Positions 47,547 to 59,059 of a stretch of 64,000 bases of DNA are shown in pieces. The DNA comes from Blastocatellia bacterium (GTDB lineage Bacteria; Acidobacteriota; Blastocatellia; UBA7656). The first letter of the stretch is position 1. The number at the start of each line of letters is the position of its first letter. The position numbers and the translations under genes were made by a program. Where the stretch lies: the NCBI GenBank assembly GCA_963737945.1, contig CAVTUR010000016.1:128317-192316 (forward strand), in the 5' to 3' direction. The notes beneath the pieces were generated by a model. The model did not search any database. It had not been told where the DNA came from and worked only from the letters and a program-made list of their open reading frames with translations.

Positions 47547-49218
47547 TGGCAGTAATAGAGTTCGGCTCGTGCTCAGGATCGATCGTGGTCATCTCGGCCA
47601 TCAACAGCCGCTCGCACTCCTCCGGGGTACGAGGAATGTTTTCCGCCTTTCGGGCCGCTTCCGTTTCCCGCTCAATCCGTCCGGCTGGAAGCCAGAAGCC
47701 GGAGAGCAGAGCGAGAATCGCAAACCCCACGCCTGTCAAAAACACATTGTGTAGCGCTCCGGCCAGCGCGCCTGACATCGCGTTGAGCAATTCAGGCTTC
47801 TGTGCGGCGCGAGCTATTGGATCAATCAGCGCGCTTGGATTGTGCACTACGTGAGCGACATCCGCTTCGGGCAGACCGCTCTCATTCTGAATCTCCGCAA
47901 TGTGTGCCGCGAGGCTGATGGTCATCACCGTTCCCATCACCGCTACACCGACCGTTTGACCGATCGATCTCGAAAACTGGTTGAGGGAGGTCGCAATCCC
48001 GAGTTGCCCTCGGCCAACCGAATTCTGCACCGTGATCAGCAGCGCAAACATCACCAACCCCATGCCTACCCCCAGGGCCAGGATGTCACCGATGAGCCAT
48101 GCCCGTGAGGTGTACCTGCCAAAAGTCGTTAGAACACCAAAGCTGGAGACCAAAACGACCAGACCCGCGAGAATCGTCGGCCGATAACCGACCCAGAACA
48201 TCAGCCGCCCGCCGACCACCGACATAACCACCCACCCGAGCAAAAAGGGAGTGAGCAAGGCGCCCGCCTCGGTCGCGGTGCCGCCGAGCGTCCCTTGAAC
48301 AAAAAGCGGGATGAATGACAGGGCCCCGAACATCGCCGCGCCAACCATGAAAGCGGTTACCGAGCCAACCGCGATTATTCGATTCCTGAACAGCGAAAAT
48401 GGAACGATCGGTTCGGGCGCGCGTTTCTCGGTTCTCACAAACAAGAAACTGGAGATAAAAATCCCCGCGACCGCGACGAACGTCAGAGGATTGCCCCAGA
48501 TGGCTGGTTCACCGCTCTCCACCAGCACAACCAGCAACAAGGTGATCGCGATTGTCAACCACACAGCCCCGGCGTAGTCGATCACCGGCCTCGTGTGCTG
48601 TTTCGGTTCGACAAGAGCTATCCCTACTACGGCGGCGGCCGCCAGACCAAAAGGAATGTTTATGTAGAACACCCACCGCCAGGAAATGTGATCGGTAATA
48701 AAACCACCGGCCAGCGGTCCAAGTATTGAAGCCAGTCCCCACACTCCGCTGAACAATCCCTGCATTCGCGCCCGCTCGCGCAGAGTGTAGATATCCCCGT
48801 TGATCGTCATGCTGAGCGGGATCAGCGCCCCCGCACCGAGTCCTTGTATGGCTCTGAAGACGATCAGTTGCGTAATTGACTGCGACGCTCCCGACAGCGC
48901 AGAGCCAACAAGAAAGAACGCAATGCCGATCAGGTAAAAGACACGCCGGCCGTAGAGATCCGACAGTCTCCCCCACACCGGGACGGTCACTGTTGAAGTC
49001 AGCAGGTAAGCCGAGAACACCCAGCTATAGCGATCGAGCCCGCCGAGCGAAGCAATAACCGTCGGCATAGCCGTCCCCACGACGGTTGCTTCAAGGGCGG
49101 CCAAAAACATGCCTAGCATCACACCAGCCGTGACCACTCGCCGCCGGCGTCTGGAAAGAACCACGTGTGGCAGGTCTACAACGATCGCTTGCATCTGCGT
49201 TACGTTGGAATCACTCAT
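47539..49218 (-). CDS. MFS transporter, DHA2-like 14-TMS drug:H+ antiporter family
   Basis: MFS signature (GRLSDLYGRR), 14 predicted TMS; stop overlaps the helicase ORF start by 8 nt. Confidence 0.8.
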   Translation of the reverse strand: MSDSNVTQMQAIVVDLPHVVLSRRRRRVVTAGVMLGMFLAALEATVVGTAMPTVIASLGGLDRYSWVFSAYLLTSTVTVPVWGRLSDLYGRRVFYLIGIAFFLVGSALSGASQSITQLIVFRAIQGLGAGALIPLSMTINGDIYTLRERARMQGLFSGVWGLASILGPLAGGFITDHISWRWVFYINIPFGLAAAAVVGIALVEPKQHTRPVIDYAGAVWLTIAITLLLVVLVESGEPAIWGNPLTFVAVAGIFISSFLFVRTEKRAPEPIVPFSLFRNRIIAVGSVTAFMVGAAMFGALSFIPLFVQGTLGGTATEAGALLTPFLLGWVVMSVVGGRLMFWVGYRPTILAGLVVLVSSFGVLTTFGRYTSRAWLIGDILALGVGMGLVMFALLITVQNSVGRGQLGIATSLNQFSRSIGQTVGVAVMGTVMTISLAAHIAEIQNESGLPEADVAHVVHNPSALIDPIARAAQKPELLNAMSGALAGALHNVFLTGVGFAILALLSGFWLPAGRIERETEAARKAENIPRTPEECERLLMAEMTTIDPEHEPNSITASD

Positions 49219-49419
49219 CTGCTTGCCCGTAAAACCGTCCTCTCTGGAATCAATCAAAGGGATCATTATACGCAGCTGCGGTGACTTTTACATGTTGAGC
49301 GCCGTTCGCTTCAGCCGACGGGGTTATTGACTTCGGCAGACGAGCGCGACTAGGCTGCTTATTGGCATACTCCAGTCTGCCCGTTTCAACAATCACGAGC
49401 AGCCTGGACTGGAGGAGTC

Positions 49420-50301
49420 ATGCGAGTCATAAGCGCCGTTGGTGTTTTGTTCTTCTGCTTACTATCTGTCTGTCCGGGCCAGGTGTCTAACCCTGTGGAT
49501 GGAGCGATCATCAAGGGAAACGCTCAAACCAGCACCGGGAGTCCGGTCGAGCTATCCGACGCCAACTACACTCTGCTGAGGTTTAAGAACCAAGGAAGTA
49601 AGTTTCAGTTAGTCGCCGAAGGGGTGAGGATTCGCAACGTGTCGGGCCGCGCGATCAGACGGGTCACCCTTCGATTTGTCCTTCACCACCTTGGCTACTC
49701 AGAAGATGTTTGCCGCGGCACTTACCAAGGCTTCATCGTTGTAGACGATTTACAACTCGGCGAGACGCGAGACTTCACCAACGACCGCATAACAATCACG
49801 TGGTTTGCGCAAGAGAACGATCTGGCTCTAACGGTCATCGCAACTGGGGCGGAGTTCAAGGATGGCTCGCATTGGGCCGCCCTACGCAGCGAGTTGTGTC
49901 CCTTGAGCGCAGACAACCTTTCCCTTCGAGTGCCCCTCAGGTGGAGAGAGTCCAAGCTAACTGATGACGGATACAGCGTCGCGTTCGAAGTAGCAGACCC
50001 ACAGATCGTGGCCTACCGGCTTGGCATCGTGAGAGACACGGCCGAGAGTTTTGAGGTCAGGGTGGGTGATGAGATCGAGTTGACAGATGATCAACGGGTT
50101 CGCGGTGCAAGGATTGTCGATGCAGGCAAGAGTCTCAGCTCAAAGCTGATCTTCCCGAGACAGGCTTATGTCAGCACCGTTCGCGGAAAACGGATAACCA
50201 CTCTCGTGGGCGCGGCGATCTTTGTTGCGGAGCTGCGATTTGCCGACGGCCGCATCTGGCAGCAGGACCAAAGTAGAGAAGGTTTGTTTTGGAATAACTG
50301 A
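49420..50301 (+). CDS. Hypothetical secreted protein
   Basis: Signal peptide MRVISAVGVLFFCLLSVCPG; no recognisable domain. Confidence 0.4.
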   Translation: MRVISAVGVLFFCLLSVCPGQVSNPVDGAIIKGNAQTSTGSPVELSDANYTLLRFKNQGSKFQLVAEGVRIRNVSGRAIRRVTLRFVLHHLGYSEDVCRGTYQGFIVVDDLQLGETRDFTNDRITITWFAQENDLALTVIATGAEFKDGSHWAALRSELCPLSADNLSLRVPLRWRESKLTDDGYSVAFEVADPQIVAYRLGIVRDTAESFEVRVGDEIELTDDQRVRGARIVDAGKSLSSKLIFPRQAYVSTVRGKRITTLVGAAIFVAELRFADGRIWQQDQSREGLFWNN

Positions 50302-50421
50302 ATTCTCCGCTAACCGTTCCTCCTCGTACCGGCCTCAAGTTCACCGGGTTAGCGCATACTCTGGTGGCTCCATCATTCTCCTCAGTGCTTCGGGAGTCAT
50401 CATGTTTTCGCATTATGAACG

Positions 50422-50634
50422 TCATTCTGCGCCGACCCGCTTGAGTTGAATAAGGGGCGTTTCCCCATCTTTGATCGACACGGTGACGTGACCGCGGCAG
50501 ACAGGACACTTGAGCCGTCGCCACTTGCGCCCTCGTTGGAATCGAGCATTCACGATTGCGCCACACTCAGGGCACTCTGCGTCGGCGTAGCCGTCATTCG
50601 AATCGTCTTCGGAAATATACTTTCGCTTCTGCAT
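50422..50634 (-). CDS. Hypothetical small zinc-ribbon protein (70 aa)
   Basis: Two CxxC pairs (CPECG...CPVCRG). Confidence 0.3.
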   Translation of the reverse strand: MQKRKYISEDDSNDGYADAECPECGAIVNARFQRGRKWRRLKCPVCRGHVTVSIKDGETPLIQLKRVGAE

Positions 50635-50852
50635 ACGTTCCTATTGAAAGTAGTCTGGTCCATACGTCCGGATAAACCAATGCAGGGCGCAGAAACCGAT
50701 CTTGAGGGTGTTCGGTTCGGGTCTCGCCGATTGTAAGTTGCGATCCATATCTGCGATTGCCGGTTCTCGCGGCCGGTCAGCCCAAAACGAAAGCCGGTGC
50801 CTACCTCGGGCAAGCTCGCGACTCGACCGCGGATTCGAATGCGCACAGATCT

Positions 50853-51221
50853 CTACATATCAATCGGATAACCAAGCTCGTTCCATCTCTTCCATCCGCC
50901 GTCCATCGATATGACATTCGTGTAGCCCATCTTCTGAAGAGCGTCGCCGGCAAGGGCCGACCGAAACCCGCCCCCGCAATAGAGCACTATCTCGGCGTCG
51001 TGATCCGGGATAACCTTTTCGATGTCGCGCTCTATTATCCCCTTGCCCAGGTGAATCGCGCCGGCAGCATGGCCCTTCTGCCACTCGTTGTCTTCGCGCA
51101 CATCAACGAAGTAGAACCTCTCACCGGCCTGTTGTTTTCTCCTCACGTCTTCGGGGGTGTTCTCGCGCACACGGCCCTTCGCGTCGTTTACGGACTTCAG
51201 GAATCCTGGCGAGTGGTCCAT
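50853..51221 (-). CDS. Single-domain rhodanese-like sulfurtransferase
   Basis: Active-site loop CGGGFRS; start set at the internal Met (MDHSPGF). Confidence 0.75.
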   Translation of the reverse strand: MDHSPGFLKSVNDAKGRVRENTPEDVRRKQQAGERFYFVDVREDNEWQKGHAAGAIHLGKGIIERDIEKVIPDHDAEIVLYCGGGFRSALAGDALQKMGYTNVISMDGGWKRWNELGYPIDM

Positions 51222-51402
51222 TGCGGTCTCCTGTTTCGAAGTATCAACTGAATCGTATCGCTTATGATAGCCACCCGTTGCCGCCTCGGCAAATTCATCG
51301 CAGTTAATGACCAGGTCATATCGTTTCAGACTGCGGAAGGAGGGCTCGCCCAAGCGAGGCACACCAGAGGCTTGTGAAGGAAGTACCTTTGTGAGAATTG
51401 TC

Positions 51403-51510
51403 GAATTGCACGCCCGGCACCGATCTGAGACCGAGCTTCGTCGGACACCACATAACAATCAGCTGGTTTGCCGCTGGAGAATCGCAGAATCGCAAGCCCG
51501 GCACCGATCT
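51403..51510 (-). repeat. Two copies of GAAT(T/C)GCA(C/A)GCCCGGCACCGATCT (51403-51426, 51485-51510) homologous to a segment of the group II intron at 63480-63524: possible intron remnant
   Basis: Direct sequence comparison; CAGAAT(C/T)GCAAGCCCGGCACC shared. Confidence 0.3.
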
Positions 51511-51873
51511 ATCGCAGCCAAGTTGCTTTGATCGGTTCGGAGCAGGGCAGCCGATCTCTTTTGGGATATCCCCGAGCCGTTTCCTGTGAGATCTCAACGT
51601 TTAGCCTCCAACCCATCTCATAAACACTTCGAGTCCCCGGAGCCTAATTCTGACCGTCCCGCTTTTGTGGTTCAACTTCCGGATTGCTCGTGACTCGAAA
51701 GCATCGCGGTAGTGTTGAGCTTGTACGAAGCTCAAATGAGTGCACTAGCGATCCTGAGTCAACCGAGGAAGCGTTCTGTTGTCCAGATTTCAGAGTCACG
51801 ACCTGGGTACTTTGCATCGATCCGCCGTTTGCCCAAATTGATTCGGGGTAGCTGGTTTGCTAAGGTCCTCGTC

Positions 51874-53154
51874 ATGTCCGAGCGTGCCACCGAGCAGATA
51901 CGCGAATTGCTCGACTCCCTTTATCGCGTGGATTCGGGGCGAATCCTGGCAACTCTGATCCGCTTGCTCGGGGATTTTGATCTTGCCGAGGAGGCGATGC
52001 ACGAAGCCTTTGCCGCTGCGCTGAGCCTGTGGCCGAGGAGTGGAGTACCCGGCAACCCGCGGCCATGGTTGATTTCGACGGCCCGATTCAAAGCCATTGA
52101 TACTCTGCGTCGACGGGCAAGATTTGATGCGTCTCAAGACGAGCTCGTGCGATATCTCGAAGCGCAATTTAGTTCGGCGGAAAGGTCCAATGAAGAGGAC
52201 AGCCTTGAGGATGATCGGCTGCGCCTGATTTTTACCTGCTGTCATCCATCCCTGGCGCCGGAAGCGCGCGTTGCGCTCACCTTGCGTGAGGTGTGCGGGC
52301 TGACAACCGAGGAGATAGCACGCGGCTTCCTCATCACTCCGCGGACGCTGGCGCAGCGCATTGTGCGCGCCAAGGCAAAGATTCGGGAGACACGGATTCC
52401 GTACGAGGTGCCGACGCCGGAGGAATTGCCGGAGCGACTGGGCGCGGTGCTTCATGTCATCTATCTTGTCTTTAACGAGGGTTATTCGGCTGCGGCGGGA
52501 GCGGAGGTAACGCGGGCCGAGCTAACCGGCGAGGCGATTCGACTGGGCCGGTTGCTCACCGAACTCCAGCCAGAGCCGGAAGTCATCGGGCTGCTTTCCC
52601 TGATGTTGCTACAGGAATCCCGTCACGCCGCGAGAACGTCTACGACCGGTGAGCTGATTCTGCTGGAGAACCAGGATCGCTCGCTCTGGAACCGGGAGCA
52701 GATCGCGGAGGGAGTGGCCTTGCTGGAAAAAGCCCTGAAGTCCCGCCGCTTCGGCTCTTACACACTGCAGGCCGCGATTGCGGCCGTCCATGCGGAAGCG
52801 GAATCGACCGCTGTGACCGACTGGCGTCAGATTGTTGCGCTTTACGACCGATTGCTACGAATTCAGCCTTCGCCGGTTGTACTGCTGAATCGTGCCGTGG
52901 CCATAGCAATGTGCGATGGTCCCGAGGCCGGTCTGACGCATATCGACGCGTTGCTGGAACACGGCGAATTGGCAAATTATTACCTGGCGCATTCAGCCCG
53001 TGCAGATTTGTACCGCAGGCTTGGCAGGACAGCTGAGGCTCGGTCCTCTTATGAGAGAGCACTGGCGCTGACCCAACAGGAACCGGAGCGGCACTTCCTG
53101 CAGGAACGGATTCGGCAGTTGAATCAAAACTTTTTGACGTCGTCTCACGGTTGA
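51874..53154 (+). CDS. ECF sigma factor with C-terminal TPR-like extension (ECF42-type)
   Basis: Sigma-2 and sigma-4 regions followed by a ~220-aa helical-repeat extension; DGPF/YciI-like genes nearby. Confidence 0.75.
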   Translation: MSERATEQIRELLDSLYRVDSGRILATLIRLLGDFDLAEEAMHEAFAAALSLWPRSGVPGNPRPWLISTARFKAIDTLRRRARFDASQDELVRYLEAQFSSAERSNEEDSLEDDRLRLIFTCCHPSLAPEARVALTLREVCGLTTEEIARGFLITPRTLAQRIVRAKAKIRETRIPYEVPTPEELPERLGAVLHVIYLVFNEGYSAAAGAEVTRAELTGEAIRLGRLLTELQPEPEVIGLLSLMLLQESRHAARTSTTGELILLENQDRSLWNREQIAEGVALLEKALKSRRFGSYTLQAAIAAVHAEAESTAVTDWRQIVALYDRLLRIQPSPVVLLNRAVAIAMCDGPEAGLTHIDALLEHGELANYYLAHSARADLYRRLGRTAEARSSYERALALTQQEPERHFLQERIRQLNQNFLTSSHG

Positions 53155-53329
53155 TCTATTGGGGCTTGTTGCGCGGTTGACATCGAAGTCAAAGTCCCTT
53201 GATACTCCTCCTAGCGCGCTTGCAGGGCGCCACCAACCCGCGGCAAGGGAACACTCCCACCTGTCTGGTCTGAGTCGTGTGCGTTTTGCACCTTCTTTCA
53301 GCCTGGTTTCAGCGGGGCACGGGCGATTC

Positions 53330-54802
53330 ATGAAAGGAGGTCGCAATGACCACTTCGAAGTCTCTTCCGCCTCGTCCCTCTCTCGCGTCTCTCCGTATTT
53401 GGAACGGGCAGCAGCGCAGGCTCAAACCGCTATTCATAACAACGACGTCGAACGTTTAAAGCAACTGTTGGCGGAATATCCCGCGTTGCTTTCCTGGCAT
53501 GATGTCGGTGCTGAGCGCGGTCTGTTGGGAATCGCGGCGGGCTCTTACGGCGATAGCTTCAACTCGCTTAGCGAACAACACTTCACCCGGGCGGACTGCG
53601 CAGAGTTGCTGATCGACGCCGGGGCAGTCGTGATTCCATCCGTGTGTGAGGAAATCCTAAGCTCCCGAGCCAGGGGACTTCTGCAGCTGTTTCTACGAAA
53701 AGGTCTGCTGCCGCGTACTCTCAAAATCTTTGCGGCGCTTGGCAATATCGACGCCGTCCGCACAGCGCTCGATGAAAACGTGAACGATCTACCCGCAGTC
53801 ACTGAAGCGTTCACGAGTGCCTGCAGCTTCGAGCATGAGTCGATCGCATCGCTATTGCTCGACCAAGTCACTGCGCGTGATCCAGAGCTTGGCGCAATGA
53901 TTGACCAAAGCGTAGGACGAGTGGCCTTCGCGAGGTACTTCATCGACAACCGCCCTGGGCACGCAACCGAGCTCGGTCTCTGGAAGGCGTTTGTCATTGA
54001 GCACGTCAAGCGCGCGGTCTATTCCTGGAGTGGCAGCGAGACTTCGCTGGAGGATCGACGCGGAGACAGCGATCTACCCGCGTTTGTTGAACTCTTGCAG
54101 CGGGAATCGTGGCTGCTCGGTGAGGACTTCGTGGAGTTTCAAACGCAAATCATCGAGCGAGCGGCGTTGCAGGGTCGCGGCGAATTCATAACTGCCTTGC
54201 TCGACCTGAATCCCGCGATTCTACGGCGTCAGCCGCCACCGACATCGCAGGCGATCGAGTTCGCGTTTACCTACGCGAACACACACGTCATTCCTGTCTT
54301 GAGACGCATTTGGCCAGTGCCGGACGATCTCCCGCATGCGGCTGGCATGGGCAATCTCTCACGGGTGAAGGAGTGGTTCGACGACTTGGGTTCGCCTGCA
54401 CTGGGTGGAATCGAGAATCACTATCCGTCGAGTCCTTACATGCCTAAGGATCGCGTCGCGGAATCATCACGCCAATGGGGTCCGCTGAGCCAGCAGCGTG
54501 TGCTCGATGTAGCGCTCGCCTGGTCAATCCTCAACAGTCACCTCGACGTTGCCGACTTCCTACTTCAACACGGAGCGGACATCAACACGACCTGGAGTTC
54601 CCATGAGCCGGCAAGCATCCTGCACGAGCTCGTCTGGCACCGAAACTATGAGGCGATGCAGTTCCTCATCGACCGCGGCATTGATATGACCATCAAAGAC
54701 CACCGCTGGAATAGTACCGCGCGGGGCTGGGCGCGTTACGCTGCAAATGACGAGAAGATGGCCCAGTGGTTGGAAGAAGCCGAACAACAGCAGGAGCGAT
54801 GA
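53330..54802 (+). CDS. Ankyrin-repeat-containing hypothetical protein (start uncertain)
   Basis: C-terminal ankyrin repeats (LLQHGADINT..., LIDRGIDMTIKD). Confidence 0.5.
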   Translation: MKGGRNDHFEVSSASSLSRVSPYLERAAAQAQTAIHNNDVERLKQLLAEYPALLSWHDVGAERGLLGIAAGSYGDSFNSLSEQHFTRADCAELLIDAGAVVIPSVCEEILSSRARGLLQLFLRKGLLPRTLKIFAALGNIDAVRTALDENVNDLPAVTEAFTSACSFEHESIASLLLDQVTARDPELGAMIDQSVGRVAFARYFIDNRPGHATELGLWKAFVIEHVKRAVYSWSGSETSLEDRRGDSDLPAFVELLQRESWLLGEDFVEFQTQIIERAALQGRGEFITALLDLNPAILRRQPPPTSQAIEFAFTYANTHVIPVLRRIWPVPDDLPHAAGMGNLSRVKEWFDDLGSPALGGIENHYPSSPYMPKDRVAESSRQWGPLSQQRVLDVALAWSILNSHLDVADFLLQHGADINTTWSSHEPASILHELVWHRNYEAMQFLIDRGIDMTIKDHRWNSTARGWARYAANDEKMAQWLEEAEQQQER

Positions 54803-54989
54803 GTACTCAGCACAACCAGCATCTGAGTTCTCACGATGGCAAGAGTCAATAATTCTAAAGGCGTTGAAGAAGAAAAATTTCTTGGAGGATTTGTCGAATT
54901 CCGTCCGGCCGTTCGACTATATTGTGAAGGCAGGGCAACCGGCCTGCCCAAAGACAAAAAACATAAAGACCGCTACAGGAGAAAAAATC

Positions 54990-55358
54990 ATGCCACAGTA
55001 TCTGGTTTCTAACTACCTCCCCGACGACTTCGACCCGTCCGCCGTAACCGAAGCGATGATCGAGGAGATCCACGCGCTCAACCGCGAAATGATTGCTGCC
55101 GGCGCGAGGAAGTTCGCTTGCGGAATTTCCCCGGCCAGTAACGCCAAGACGGTGCGAAAGCAACCTGATGGTACGGTGCTCGTCACCGATGGGCCATACA
55201 CCGAGACCAAGGAGCACATGGGCGGTTTCTGGATACTGGAAGCCGCCGATATGGACGAGGCACTCGCGTGGGCGCGCAAGGGTGCCATCTCATGCGATGC
55301 GGCGGGCGAGGTGCGCGAGCTTCTCTTCTACCCGGACCCAAAGGGAGAAGCGGAATAG
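54990..55358 (+). CDS. YciI-like / DGPF domain protein
   Basis: DGPYTETKEHMGGFWILEA motif; AGGAG SD. Confidence 0.75.
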   Translation: MPQYLVSNYLPDDFDPSAVTEAMIEEIHALNREMIAAGARKFACGISPASNAKTVRKQPDGTVLVTDGPYTETKEHMGGFWILEAADMDEALAWARKGAISCDAAGEVRELLFYPDPKGEAE

Positions 55359-55407
55359 TCCGGCAGCCGCAAAGAACTGAGCGGTTGGATTAGAGAGAAA
55401 ATCGGAT

Positions 55408-55932
55408 ATGAACGTACGAGAACAAATCAAAAAGTATATTACCAGCCAACCTGAACCAAAACGCAGTGACATGCAAGCGTTGCATCTGCTCATACTCCAA
55501 GTGTTACCAGAATGTAAATTATGGTTCTTAGATGGTAAAGACGGCGAAAATAAAACTGTTAGTAACCCTAATATAGGATATGGATCTCACACAATAAAAT
55601 ATGCTGACGGAACAACCAGGGCGTTTTATCGAATTGGTGTCAGCGCAAACAAAACCGGGATCTCTGTCTATATCCTTGGTATCAAGGATAAGAAATACTT
55701 AGCCCAAACGTATGGGAAACAACTAGGCAAGGCAAGCGTGACCGGATATTGCGTTAGGTTCAAAACTCTAAAAGATATCAACATTGATATGCTTGAAGCG
55801 GCAATACGATATGGGGTTGAGGCTCAGAATGAAAAAGGTGGGCTGATGAAATACTTTTTCCGTGCGCGAGGGTCGCGCTCAGAAACTTCGGCGGCGATCA
55901 CGGCTTCCGTTAAAGACGCATTCGCCAAATGA
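55408..55932 (+). CDS. DUF1801 (YdhG)-like hypothetical protein; markedly low GC
   Basis: Sequence pattern and length; about 40% GC against roughly 60% background. Confidence 0.5.
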   Translation: MNVREQIKKYITSQPEPKRSDMQALHLLILQVLPECKLWFLDGKDGENKTVSNPNIGYGSHTIKYADGTTRAFYRIGVSANKTGISVYILGIKDKKYLAQTYGKQLGKASVTGYCVRFKTLKDINIDMLEAAIRYGVEAQNEKGGLMKYFFRARGSRSETSAAITASVKDAFAK

Positions 55933-55955
55933 GGAGTATTACCTGGAATCCAAAT

Positions 55956-56824
<869 letters not shown>

Positions 56825-57008
56825 CGACCTGTGATTAGACCACCGATCGTCGGCCGTCGCCGGGTCAGAAATAATATGAGCATCAAACTTACTCGTCGCG
56901 AATTCCGGTCCGACCGTTCGACCATATCGTGAAGGTAGGGCAGCCGGCCGGAAAACCGGGACAACGGTAGACTAAAGAAGACCAGATAGGACACTAAGGA
57001 ACTCAATC

Positions 57009-57608
57009 ATGAGAAAAACAATTGTGTTTGAACATATCTCCCTTGATGGTGTCATACAATCCCCGGGCGGGCAGAACGAAGATACAAGCGACGGCTTCGC
57101 GTATGGCGGATGGCAAGCGCCATATGGTGATGACATCCTTGAAGCGGCCCTGCAAAAGCAGATGAACATGCCATTCGACCTGCTGTTAGGGCGCAAAACC
57201 TTTGACATCTGGGCGGCCTTCTGGCCTCAGCATGCGGACTTCTGGCCGGGCGTCAACACGGCGACCAAGTACGTCGCCTCGAATACCCTGACTTCCCACG
57301 AATGGCAGCCGTCCGTCTTCTTGAACGGAGACATTGCAGAAAAAGTCGCCAATCTCAAGCAAGAGCAAGGGCCCGATCTTCACGTTTGGGGAAGTGGCGA
57401 TCTCCTTCAGACGCTTATGAAGCATGATCTGGTCGATGTGTTCTACCTGATGATATATCCGCTGACGTTGGGAGCTGGAAAGCGGTTGTTTGCGGGTGGC
57501 ACGATCCCGGCGGCGTTCAAGGTGACGGAAAGCATAGTCGGCTCGAATGGCGTCATTGTCGTGAGTTACGAGCGTGCGGGCGGGATCACCCTCGGAAGTT
57601 TTGTATAA
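57009..57608 (+). CDS. Dihydrofolate-reductase-like RibD C-terminal domain family protein
   Basis: [15 protein letters not shown]...LLGRKTF...[15 protein letters not shown]. Confidence 0.8.
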   Translation: MRKTIVFEHISLDGVIQSPGGQNEDTSDGFAYGGWQAPYGDDILEAALQKQMNMPFDLLLGRKTFDIWAAFWPQHADFWPGVNTATKYVASNTLTSHEWQPSVFLNGDIAEKVANLKQEQGPDLHVWGSGDLLQTLMKHDLVDVFYLMIYPLTLGAGKRLFAGGTIPAAFKVTESIVGSNGVIVVSYERAGGITLGSFV

Positions 57609-57914
57609 ACATTCGGATGGGGTGCCCCGGGCCTTGATCTTGTGGGTATTACCAACACAGTGAGTGCCGGCCTTCGCGTTTTTTGCGAAGGGCGGGAGTC
57701 GGAAATGCCGGCCGCCATGTAGGTTTGATCACGTGTCCACAACAAAATCAAATAGCACACCCAGAATCGCCGCGCACCCCTTCGACAAGCTCAGGGCAGG
57801 CTATTTGCCAGAAGATGCAAGGATGCGGCGCCCTCAGTGGGAATGGCGCACGCACGGATCGTTAAGGGCGGGCCACCCGCCCAAAGCTAAGATCCAATCA
57901 AGGAGACTCCCAAG

Positions 57915-58430
57915 ATGACACCGCATCAACTATCGATTGAGCGCGAGAATGCAGGTCTGTGGCGAGTTAGCTTCAACAACCCGCCAATCAACATGTTTGT
58001 TCCCACAACGATCGTCGAATTGGGAGCGCTAATGACCGACCTCGAGGCGGACCCGTCAGTGAAGGTCGTAGTGTTCCAGTCGGCGAATCCCGATTTTTTC
58101 ATTGCCCATCTCGACGTATCCAAGGCAGCAGAACGGCCAGAGATGCTGGGCCTTTGGCGCGACTTTGTACTGCGCCCCTCGTCCACGCCAGTCGTGAGCA
58201 TCGCCAAGATTCGCGGCCGCACGCGCGGCATCGGTAACGAGTTCGTGCTAGCCTGCGACAACGACCTGTTCTTCCCACTGCCGGCGTTGCCAGGCGCGCA
58301 GGCGCGCCGGGCCACGATCCGTAATATCGGTTACGGCGCTCCAAGCGACTTCGACTTGAACTTCGGCCGCTACCTCCCTGCGCTCGGGCGCGCGGACGAC
58401 GACACCGATAGTTCCTCGCAGGGCGGCTGA
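57915..58430 (+). pseudogene. Enoyl-CoA hydratase/isomerase (crotonase) family, apparently truncated (171 aa, degenerate C-terminus)
   Basis: N-terminal 130 aa match the crotonase fold; the C-terminus is low-complexity and a full-length family member is about 260 aa. Confidence 0.4.
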
Positions 58431-58543
58431 GGGAGTTGCAAAGAATGGGCTCTGCTGTCGATTTTCCCTGTGCCCGGCGACTATAGATTGAACGAGGCAG
58501 CGCGCAAGATTCCGCCGCTGGCCCGTACGAGAGGAGACGGGCG

Positions 58544-58960
58544 ATGAAATACATCTGTTTGGGATACCTCGAGCCCGGAAAGTTCGAAGGCATGACCGAG
58601 GACGAGCGACACGCAACGCTCGACGAATGCTTTGAGTACAACGACCATCTGCGCGCCAACGGACATCTTGTCGCCGAACTCCCTCTTCAGCCTCCGGAGA
58701 CCGCGTTGACCCTGTACTGGGAAGACGGCAAAGTCGCGACGACCGACGGCCCCTATGCGGAAACCAAGGAACAGCTTGGCGGCATTCAGATCCTTGAGGC
58801 GCGAGACCTCAATCATGCCGTTCAGCTTGTCTCACAGCTTCCAGGCTTTAAGTATGGACTTGGACCGGTTGAGATACGGCCGGTTGCGGATATGAACGAA
58901 ATAGTGAGGGACAGCGAGCGGCGGCGGCGAAAGGATACCTCGCAATGCGGGCGGCCTTGA
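58544..58960 (+). CDS. YciI-like / DGPF domain protein (second copy)
   Basis: DGPYAETKEQLGGIQILEA motif. Confidence 0.75.
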   Translation: MKYICLGYLEPGKFEGMTEDERHATLDECFEYNDHLRANGHLVAELPLQPPETALTLYWEDGKVATTDGPYAETKEQLGGIQILEARDLNHAVQLVSQLPGFKYGLGPVEIRPVADMNEIVRDSERRRRKDTSQCGRP

Positions 58961-59059
58961 GGGAAAGTTCGCTTAAGTAGAATGACGCAAAACGGTTGAG
59001 AAACCGGCGAATGACTCTATCGCTGGGAAGACTGACTTTCGGAAAGGAGGAGCAACATT

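Noticed and set aside
53346-53460. Alternative start ATG 53346 with a strong AAAGGAGGT Shine-Dalgarno for the ankyrin-repeat gene
   Set aside because: That ATG is out of frame with the long ankyrin ORF and opens only a 37-codon Pro-rich ORF; kept the in-frame ATG 53330, but the true start remains uncertain (a local frameshift cannot be excluded).
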